Assembly: GCA_000934665.2 (NCBI GenBank)
Contig: JYFJ02004290.1
Location: 1-33,305, forward strand
DNA length: 33,305 nt
From: Catajapyx aquilonaris
Lineage: Eukaryota
Direction of reading: 5' to 3'
Positions within the stretch are counted from its first letter, which is position 1. Every line of letters begins with the position of its first letter. The notes beneath the pieces were generated by a model, which worked only from the letters and a program-made list of their open reading frames with translations, was not told the DNA's origin and did not search any database. The position numbers and the translations under genes were made by a program. Shown in pieces: positions 10,501-20,500 of this stretch.

Positions 10501-13017
10501 ATGATGTATAACTCGGACTGCAACACTTTTACACTTCGCTTATGCATGAGGCTAGTGTTGCAAGTTTTTAATGACCCTGATTGGAATGGTTTTGTCACAC
10601 AACTCACTGTGGCTGCCAGTATTAGATCCGCAGATGACCGGCACGATGCTATTTACATTTTGTCCTGATACAATGAACTGGTCTATCATACAGCTTCCAT
10701 TTGTTGGACTTTGCAGCTGTAAGAGGTACAGGTGATTAAACTGTAGGCCACAAAGAACAGTACTGCTAATGCAATATTCAATTGGTTTTCAGCATGCTTT
10801 ACTGTTATATTCATTTTTCAGAATTAAGTAGGTCAGATGCCACACTTCATGCATATTTTAGGATGTACATTTTGAAATCTAAAATCTGTAAAAGAAGGAC
10901 AGTTGAAAGGCATATATACATACCTCAAAATTTGCAAAGTCCAGCCGAATGTGATTAACATGTGGGTTGATTTTATGGATGACAATGGAGCAGATGTATG
11001 TGTTGTTGAAACTTTTAGGACTTACAAAGTAAGAGCAGTTGTGCTTTATAGCATCACCACAACTTTTTTCGACTGCAAAAAATAACTTGCCTTAATAGGT
11101 GGGTGTGCGGGACTGGCATTTTGCAAAATGTACCATAACATGACATTTTTTGAATTTTAAATGTTAGAACATTTTGGTTTTTGACCTGTTACATCTTATC
11201 CCTTCTAAGCCTTGTGTAACCTTAACCGATGTTTTTAAAAAGACAATGACAGGGTGCTTACAGACGCAGCAGACTCCAAATCCCTTTGCACATTTTCCAG
11301 CTGCAATTCCTTTGTAGCTCTTGCATTCAAGGGCGTGGTAGCATGTGCCATTACGCCTGTCATAAGCTTGGCATATCTCATTCTTGAATCTGACGATGTT
11401 GAGAATGTTAGTCACTGCGTGAAAAAGAAATTGAAGGGTGCTTTAAATCTGGGTCCAAAATTAAGGTTGCATGACTAATCTGTGATAGCAGTCCAATTTA
11501 TAACATTGCTCAGCAGGGCCACAATTCGGTCTAGATAAGCTTATCTTGATCAGTGCAGTATTTGGGGAAGGTGACTCCATTCTAATTTTAGCCATTTTAT
11601 GTCCCAGCTCTATAGTTTTATAAAACGCATATGGACTGGATTAGTTTATGTCAATGTTATACTTACAGCGACTGAATTTGTCAGAATAAAAATAGTCATC
11701 ATGTAGATGATCTGAGGGGACGTTGTGATGTGCATTGTGATGAACGGGCTTATTAACAGGCTTATGAAAAGGCTTATGAACAGGTTGATGAACATGTGGG
11801 TGAGTGAAGGCAACAATAGGTGCGATAGTTGTGGTGGCTATTGTCGTAGTGCTTCTGTGCCTCCGAATGATGGGGATGTGCATAGGTTTCTTCTTCTTCT
11901 TTCGGACCACTGCCACTTTTCTCCACTTGTTCTTTGGCTTTGCAGTGACGATCCCATTTGCACTGGCCCACCATGGCGCTGACGGCCGGATTTTGGGCAC
12001 CCTAAATAAAAGCATTAAAACAAAATGTACTTCTGCAAATATTAGAGCAGGAACTGTATAATAGACTCGACAGATATTTCAGTGGTATGGATTGATTAAT
12101 ATTTTATTTATGTCATATGAGCAACTGCATTAGCAAAATGCTTTTATATTTGCAATGACTTGCCCTTCACATTTTAAAAATACATTGAATTGTCCATACT
12201 GATTATTATATGGTATTAATTTTACTGTGAGCCCTGCCAATACATTTGCGTGATGTCCTAACATGACAACTAATCATTCTTTGCATAGAAGGGATTTTAC
12301 ACAATATACATGGTGTTCCAGTTGAATTTCCCTCAGTGGTTAGTGAGTTTTTGGCACTAAGCTGCTTATTTTTAAACAGTCACATTTACAGAATTGCTTT
12401 TACTGGTTATCAAATGTATTAACTGATAATTTTGTTTGTGGAGCCAGCCTTTTTCAAGTCTGCATCCGAGGTCTGGCCAGCAAAAATAGGTTTTATCAAT
12501 GACATACGGTGCCAATTGTTACAATGAGCCATTCACAATCAGAAAGTCAGTGCAAATTAGTCAGAGCTTAGATAGAATGATCATTTAAATTAGCTTAATA
12601 TTAGCAGGTAATGCTTTTGATAATTACTGAAAATAACTATGCAAAGGTAACTGTTAAGAATAAGCAGCTTAGTGCCAAAAATATTGCTAATCACTAAGAA
12701 CATTTTAATTGGACCACCCTGTATAAAACATACAGTTACATTGATATTGGCATGAATATATTACACTGTATAAGATGTGGTCTTTTGACCTTGTACTACC
12801 TTGTAGTTGCTGGCTTTGTTGTTGTGGGGATTCGCTTTGATTCCTGAACTGCATTGAAGAGGGTTCCCCATGCAGACTGGGTGAAGAGATCCACCAAAAA
12901 GGTCCACAGATCGGACAGGATTTCAGTGTAGGAGGTCCCCCGCACATTCCCATAGCCATTGTTGTATCCATGTGTGCACAGAGCCAGAAACAAACACAGC
13001 ACTAGGCGCAAAACCAT
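7537..13017 (-). CDS. Secreted arthropod-type CUB-domain protein, 519 aa; exons 13017-12800, 12001-11667, 11414-11262, 11072-10924, 10716-10608, 9601-9275, 9210-9055, 7649-7537
   Basis: Signal peptide MVLRLVLCLFLALCTHG. Family motifs VRFKNEIC..NGTCYHALEC..GKCAKGFGVCCV, IRLDF, VPVICGSNTGSHIYID, RSWRIKVTQ, CLQSY..VQSFNY, YAICIRKERGFCSITY, CPDDFIIINGIRLCG and GPFVIPVRTN..GFKLFYKQNPC. All 7 introns are GT-AG with matching phases; total 1560 nt. Minus-strand AATAAA at 7525-7530. Confidence 0.9.
8151..8601. mobile_element. MITE, 451 bp, with ~38-bp TIRs and a 3-bp TSD (CAT); PIF/Harbinger-like
   Basis: Left end GGCCGTGTTTTTGCTCCCTCTCCAGGAAGATGGAGAGG; right end CCTCTCCATCTTCCTGGAGAGGGACCAAAAACACCCCC. 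CAT at 8148-8150 and 8602-8604. Confidence 0.75.
8707..8818. mobile_element. Short, almost fully palindromic Tc1/mariner-type MITE
   Basis: TA|CAGGGTGACCCGAAAGTCTGGACACAGGTAATTGTATTG is mirrored by CAATACAATTACC...TGTGTCCAGACTTTTGGGCCACTC. Confidence 0.7.
8850..8934. mobile_element. Solo right arm of the Tc1-type MITE family seen at 12309-12721
   Basis: AACTATGCAAA..AACTG.TTAAGAATAA.CAG.TT.GTGCCAAAAA...TTGGAACACCCTG aligns with 12635-12721. Confidence 0.6.
12309..12721. mobile_element. Tc1/mariner-type MITE with long imperfect TIRs and TA flanks
   Basis: TA|CATGGTGTTCCAGTTG...TTTTTGGCACTAAGCTGCTTATT is mirrored by AATAAGCAGCTTAGTGCCAAAAA...TTGGACCACCCTG|TA. Confidence 0.7.
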
Positions 13018-13869
13018 TTTCACACATCACTTATCACCATTATTGGGTCCTTGCAAGGTGTTATTGAGCACAGAAATAATTCCCTACTGCCCCTGTTTTG
13101 GGAAACTGTAAAGCTGATGTGGCCACTGAGCAGCAGGAGAAGTACTGTTCGTTTTGGCAGCTTGGATACGTCTGCTTGCAAATTACTCTTTTTTACAGGG
13201 AGACTGGGCTTTTTTTGCAGCTGGGGTTGGGTGTGTAATTGCATAGTGTTAGGGTTGTCAAGCATAAGGAGTTTTGCATGTGAGGAGGTGGGCAGGGTTG
13301 GGGAGGTGGTGACCTGGAACCAGGTGCAATTAATTCAGGTGGAAGTCGTTAGTGTGACCTGAAGTGGAAATATGGATGGGTTGAGTTTCTGGTGCTGAGC
13401 TTTTATGTTTAAAACCGGTGTCTAAGCAGTTAAATTGCACTTATATTAAAGTTTATTTACCTTGATTCATACATCCAATGTACAGTGCCTTGCCCCTTCC
13501 TGGATGAGATTTATTAGGAGAATAAACCTTACCCTGAGCATAACAACAGTTTTTCACTTGCTCGCATTGCCCTCAGTCATAGTAATGTTTTTTAAGCTGT
13601 TACATTTTATGTGGAATTTTGAAGGTCAATGATTTGAGTCAAATGTAACTTGGAGGGATTTTTAATAAGAAAGTTGCCCTTGCTGCTTTCATTTGAGATC
13701 CTAGTAATTTTCTGAAAGTGACTTATCATTGCCCTACATACTCCACCAGTGCTTAATCTTAATTATACATAATGACTGTCAAAGTTCTTCTCATCAACAA
13801 AACTTTCATTGACCTGCAGATCTACCTGGACCCAGCCACTGTGAAGCAGAGGAAGTCAAAGGACTATAA

Positions 13870-16336
13870 ATGGGTTCTGAGCAGAGTCATCAGCATGGCC
13901 ACAGTCATGGTCCAGGACAGCAGCAACAATTACCACGTCAATCTGGTGGAAATGAAGAAGGTTTTAGCAACAGACCAGACAGTACTTCACCCAGACCCAG
14001 CATTTGTTCAGATTCAGATATACCATACATCTCCTACACTGTCAACAGGCCTATTGGAGGTTTGTTTTGTTACATCATAGTCTAGATTCTATAACATACT
14101 GTAGCACATTGTAGTGAAATGGCTTTTAATAGGGAAAGCAGGAAAAGGATGAGAAATAAACAATACATGAACTGAGAAAAATGACTTTTACTTCAGGTGG
14201 GACACACAGATGTGCACTAGAGCAATGAAGGGATGAAATTATGTGCATAGTTCACCATTCTTTTCTTGGTCTGTCAAGGGTCCATGAAAGTAGTTAGAGA
14301 TAGAGTAGAACATCGATATACAGGATGCACGTGAATTCATTTGCCGAAATGACACGGATGGTAGGGGGAAGAAGCATGACATGGGTTCAAAATGACCTTT
14401 GACACCAATGATGTCTATCCTGACATGGATGGATACCCCCGTGCATGCCTGCATCACTGGACCAGTGGACTTGGTTGAGATTGGTTAGGGAGGATTTTTA
14501 TTATTTTATTATTTTAAAATAGATACCCTGTGCTAGGGCCGAAGCCCTCTTAGGGGGGTGGGAATACCACCATATTTGGAACCATATAATATTTATATTA
14601 TTTAATTGTTCCAAGAGTAAGTAGGAGGGGATGTGCAAAGTGCAAGTGCAATGTCGTTGCTTGGTCATTTTGTGAACTCCCCTGGGTGGATTAGTCTAGC
14701 AGAAATTTCCACCAGAGGCGAAGCCAGAGATGGCCCAACTCTGCACCAGATGAAGGGGGGAATCCGGAGCTGGGATCGAACCCGGGACCTTAACATCCGT
14801 GGGCGTGGGCGTTACCTCAGCACCACTCCACCTCCCCTAGGGAGGATATTGATAATGATAATATTGATAATGGAATTGATAATAATCAGGCACATGCCAA
14901 ACGGAAATGGACAAACCCATATTTTTAGTGCTGCATTGCAATCTTATTAGGAACCTCATCCTTGGCTGACCAGTGCACTACATTGCATAAATGTCTTGGC
15001 AGGTGAATTCAAAATGATAATTAAATTCATAAACTGAGGAGGCGTAAGCTGATATAAAGTTATACATTTATATTGTTTTTCGCAGGGTCCAATTTCATGA
15101 CTTCATGTCTTCAACTTGCTGTTTGTACATGTCTTTTATTCTGATCACAGGAATTCAACTTCATTTGTGCATTTGTCTGCAGATTCCCCGAAACTCCCAG
15201 CAAAGCATCTTCAGAGAGGAAAGTCTCCGTCTCCACGAGTGTCTCCAAAGCCTCGCCAACCTAAAGGGAAGGTCCACAACATTGTTGTTGTGAAGCAAGC
15301 CCAAGAGACAGAAGGTCTGGAACAGGACCCGGAATTGGTTCGAATGAAGGTGAACAGCAAAGACACGAAGTTGCCGGTATCAGTTTTGTTTATTTTTAAA
15401 ATTGCCTTTTCTGTTTGCTTCATTTTCTCTGTTTCCTTAAGTTCTCCCCTTTCTCAAAATGCCCAAAAGGTCCCAGAGTCCGGTATTTTTTCACGCCTCA
15501 GGACAAACTCTCGGCTTGTAAGGTTCTTCTCTCTGCTTGTGTTTTCCTACAGTTTTTTTTCCCCTACCAGTTTTAAGCCTAGTATATTAACCATTGTTTC
15601 CATGTCTAGAGCATCCCACCGTTCTTGCCCATAATGCGAGGAACTTTAAATCTCCCGGCATTAAGAGATCCTGAAGTTCTGGAGAGACTGGACCCATCGG
15701 GATCAATTCAGTTGGGACTGAGATATGAAGAGCACTTGAGAGTGAGTGCAGAGTGCATAACCACTGAGCAGAACCAGCTGGCTCAGAGGATGAGAGAGGT
15801 GAGTGTTCAAAGAATTCTGCAGGATTTACCACTGCTTCTTGCAGTATGTGCATTTCTTTAAGTTTGAGGCTTTCAGGACACCTTGCTTTGTATGTGCCAT
15901 TTTAGGCATATTTGAGTACGTATATAGCGAAATTAGGGCCCAAATACAGCCACAAGGTTTCCCATGAAGGTTTGCAATGATGGGATACTTTGTGACACCC
16001 TAAAAGAATACAGATGGATCATATGCTACCAACATTTGGTTCTTCCATAATGGTTTTAAAAGCTACATTATTGTTTTATTAAATGTTCTGAGAATTTTAT
16101 CTGCCCAACATTTTTTGCAGGTTGATATGGTTGTAACATCTTTAATGAGCACCCTGACTGACCGTCAGAAAAAGTTTGCAAAGCATGCAGAAAAATTAGG
16201 GAAGGTACGTGAAGTGTCTCATGCACTCACCAGATGTCACATGCTTCTGAACGAGACCCTGGAGAGTTTGGAGACCTTGAACAACATGCTTCCTGTTGAA
16301 GACAGGCTCGAGCCTTTTGTTTGGACCACTGGGTGA
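13870..16336 (+). CDS. BORCS5: BLOC-1-related complex subunit 5 (myrlysin/LOH12CR1), 253 aa; exons 13870-14059, 15183-15349, 15610-15798, 16121-16336
   Basis: N-terminal myristoylation motif MGSEQS. Motifs SICSDSDIPYISYTVNRPIGDSPK, IVVVK..DPEL..SIPPFLPIMRGTL, RYEEHL..EQNQLAQRMREVD, RQKKFAKHAEKL and LNNMLPVEDRLEPF. GT-AG introns with matching phases; total 762 nt. Acceptor at 13819 precedes a short 5'UTR segment. Confidence 0.93.
14496..14837 (-). mobile_element. tRNA-derived SINE family A, full-length copy 1
   Basis: A and B boxes on the minus strand (GGTTCGATCCC) and an AT-rich tail. TSD TAGGGAGGAT at 14486-14495 and 14838-14847. Homologous to the copies at 21099 and 23651. Confidence 0.9.
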
Positions 16337-17528
16337 CAATGCTAGTGGTTTGGAAACATGTTCACCAGAGTTGAAAGTTCTGTTGTCTGGTAATATATAA
16401 GGGCCAGCTGTACATGTATAAAAGCAAACTTTGGAAAATCTCTGGTTATGTGTGGGTATTCACAATACATCCGACGTAATTGGAGATTTTTTTAAAACAT
16501 TTGATTTCATTCAACCTGCCCTAAGTGATGTAAAATTAAAACACATCAGCTACTGATATTGCTTCCAAAAAAAGAGAACATATTGAGATATAATTATCTG
16601 GTGATTGTAAATGATATTATTGTAATTATCCCACTCTTAATAGAATTTTAAATAGGTGTGTGTATCTAACTGAAGGCTGTTCAGGTGCCACATGATTCTG
16701 ATGTCCAAATGAAGTGAAAAATATAGGGCTGTGAAATAATAAGGTTCCCAACTACCCACCATGCATTATGTAGACATCGATGAGGTTGTGTCAGTAAACA
16801 GGCCTTTCTGTAACAAAAACAGGTGTGGCATTGATGGTACAGAGCAGAACAAGAAATTTAAACATCACAGTGTGCCATCTATGTCCTAACGAATTATTGG
16901 GAAATAATAAAACAATTGTGCCCATTTCACATTAGTTACTCATAATATGGTGGAGACAAAAAGTCTATATCCTGAACTATTTCCACTCACATAATATGGA
17001 TGATTCACACTTGGTGGCACAGAAAATTGCATATGCAAGTACTGTATGTCCACTGACACAGCTTCATTGGTGGTCAGTTGTTGTGGTAGATGCCTCCCCA
17101 TTTCACACCACTACAGTTTTGCTTGTTTTTGGTGAAGGAATTAATGGCCACCTAGATGATTCAAGAGCTTGTTAGACCCTGTCAGGACTTTTAACAGTTT
17201 GTGTAACAGTTGTAAATTGTAATGATATTATGCATCAGACTGTCTTGCACATTTATTAGTCTGATAGTGTGGCAGTGTATTGAGTTATGCCAATTTTATA
17301 ATTATTGAGATGCTGTGTACATGTATGTAAAAGTGATATAAATTAATTGCCACAATTTTTAATTGATATTTATTGATATTCAAGGTAACCTTAATTACTG
17401 ACACTGTGAGCCATACTGCAGGTGTTTGCATAGCTTATCTCATGGATTTATGTATGTAGTAATCTGTCACTTACCTTTGCCTCAATATGGTCTGTGACGC
17501 TTCTCTGATAAGAGAGACTCATTTTCAG

Positions 17529-20500
17529 ATGCTCACTGGTCCAAAATGTGTAGACAGTAAAATGGGATCAAACAGCACAATATACCCCTGCCAAATTCAA
17601 GTCCAGATTTGGGATGAAAGAGACCGGATTTTACCAGCCAGTGTGGAGCGGGCAGTGTCATTTTCATGCCCTGACCTTCGAAAGGAGCACAAATATCGAC
17701 CGGTAAATGTTTGGTGTAAAAATTGTACATTATTTTTATGGCAGTGTTTATAGGTATAAATAGCTGAAAATCGTTACAGATTTTGGAGAGGACCATTTCG
17801 GCACGTGAACGCAGTCCTAAATCACAAGATGCTTGTCTTCTGTGGTCATCAAATTGTCAGTAAGTCCTAATCATTAATTTTATACTATTTGTATAAAAAT
17901 TGAGCTGGCCTCTGGACTGGTGGAAACATGATCTCCTCAGTGTCAAGGTGGTACTCCTGTATCAGCCAAGTATGAGTCTGGCGGAATCAAAAGCACGTAC
18001 CCCACATGCAACTCCTCACTCCTGAAGTTGTCTGGGGGACCATGTGACATGCTACCATGCATTACATTTCCACTGATACAGACTTGAGCTCCATTCTGAT
18101 GCATGGTATGAAGTGAAACCTACCTCTAATGTCCCTGGATTCTGTGAAAATATCCATTATGGAATATTTGTGCCAGTGGAGCATGTAATGGAAACCTGTT
18201 CAATATGAAAACATCTCACAGATTTAAGCAACTCAGCTATACGCAGCTCTCACTACATAAGTAGTGTATCATATGTTATATGTAATGCAGTTGAATCCGG
18301 ATATAACAGACTTCAAGGGACCATGGAAATCAGTATGTTATAATTATAACCAAGGTCTGTCATAGCTGAATACACAGGCCATATAATTATGGAAGTAAGC
18401 CAGGACCAGCCTTTCGAGTATATGATAATATAATAATATAATAATGGATACCCCATGTTAGGCCTCCTTGGGCCTCTTAGGGGATCAACTTTTATTTAAC
18501 CGACTTTAATCATTGCCTGCGCTGTGATGGAGTTTGATAGTGGGAGGAAACGGGAGAACCCCGAGAAAACCCACGCGAACACGGAGAGAACCCATCGAAA
18601 CTCTATCCAGATAATAATCCTCTGTCCGACCCGGGGATCGAACTTGGGACCTTAGAGGTGGAAGGCTGCGGCGCTAACCACTCCGCCACCGTGTCGCCCT
18701 CCTTTCGAGTATATTATAACTGAAAGTCGGTTATAGCTGAGGCTGTTATATCCATATTCAACTGTACAATGGTGATTTTATCTGAAGTGAGCCAGGTCAT
18801 CATGCGCAGCAATGGTTCCAAATAGATGCAAAATTTAAATGAGGGTTATAAATGGCTGTCACTTACTCATGCACCAAAATTAATGTTTAGCATCTGAAAG
18901 GCAGTAAAATTTCTAGTTTCAGAACCCCACTCCACAATTTCATTCCCACTTTCCATAAGAAAAGGGAACTTGTTGATCACCTGCAGGCAGATTTGTCGTG
19001 GATGTTGTAAAGGACTCTCAAGTTGCTGCCACATGCTGCCTGCAGCTTTATAGAAGCTTATCTCTTTCTGCATCATTGGTAGTAATCAGATGACTACCCA
19101 GTGTTCCAAAGACTTTGTTGTCATGGAGGACATGTTTTTTTTTTCTGGGATGGGTCAAATGTTCCATCCAATATTGGCTCCTACATTGCACTAACGAAAA
19201 CCAGGTTTTGTGGATGAGTAGGTAAGACCAATTGGAAATCTCAGGATTTTTCAGCCTACTTTTCTTTGCAGTGATGCCCACATGAGTTGACTGACTCAAA
19301 TTCATTTTAATCTCTGTTGTACATAATTTTGCAGTTGAATTTGTTTTAACCATTTTCTATTTGTTCACAGCCCTCAACCTAATTCCAAACTAACTCCCCA
19401 AGAAGTGATTTCACCAAGATCTCTGACTTTTCAACAGATTTTAAAAACATCTTCCCAAAAAGTCTCAGATTCAGGTCAGCCTGAAGTTCCCAATGCAGGA
19501 CCATCTTCCACACCTGCCTTTCCTTTGGCCCAAGTGATTCCTTACCTTTTTGTTGGATCAATTGAAGCTGCGTACTCAGAAAGACATCTGTGTCGCTTTG
19601 GGATAGATTGCATTTTGGATGTCAGCAATAGGAGACCACAAGATGTAAGTTAATAATAATTATGTGTGGGACAATTTATGTGCTGCTTTATGGTAGATTA
19701 TAAATATAATGTAGTATCTCAAACCATACAGTGGATACAGTGGTTTGAGCATATTTTATATTTTACATTATGCTGTACTTGGACTAATAACTAACCTAGG
19801 GATATGATTGAAGAGTACAATGTGGTCTCACAGTGACTCGTTATGGCAGGTTTATTTACACATTCACTGAATCTATTCAAGAAAGCATACTCTAAAGCAG
19901 GGCTTGGATTCCCATAAACCAGGGGTTCCCAACCTGGGAGTCGTGCCCCCCCCCCCCCCCNCCCCCCCCCCCCCCCCCAAGGGGGTCGTGGAGCAGGTCC
20001 AGGGGGGCCGTGAGAGGCATTGTACCATATTTGGTGTTTTGTATTAATATTGTGGGGAAATTTTTTGTATTGTTTGGCTGCTTCATTAAAGATGTTTGGC
20101 TGCTTCATTAAAGATTTATGTATGTTACTTTTGAAAGGGGAGCCGTGGAGAAATTTTAGGTGATTTGGGGGGTCGCGGGTGCGAAAAGGTTGGGAACCCC
20201 TGCCATAAACCATGTGTACAATGTAGGTAATTTTTTGATGCTGTGTGGAGCTATAGATCCATACATCATTGAAATAGGGTGTTGGTTTTAAATTTCAAAA
20301 CTACCTAGACCAGTGTGGTTCCCAAATGAGGTTGCAACCAAATTTCGGAGTATGCCGTAGGTCAATCCTGCTGTTGCTAGCCTGCAGTTGCTATCAGAAG
20401 TTTGGGAACCCCTGAACTTGGCTCATTTTGCCCTCTTCATACATAAACAGAACACATCTGAGGGTAGGCTACATAATTATTTTCAACATCATAGTGTAGA

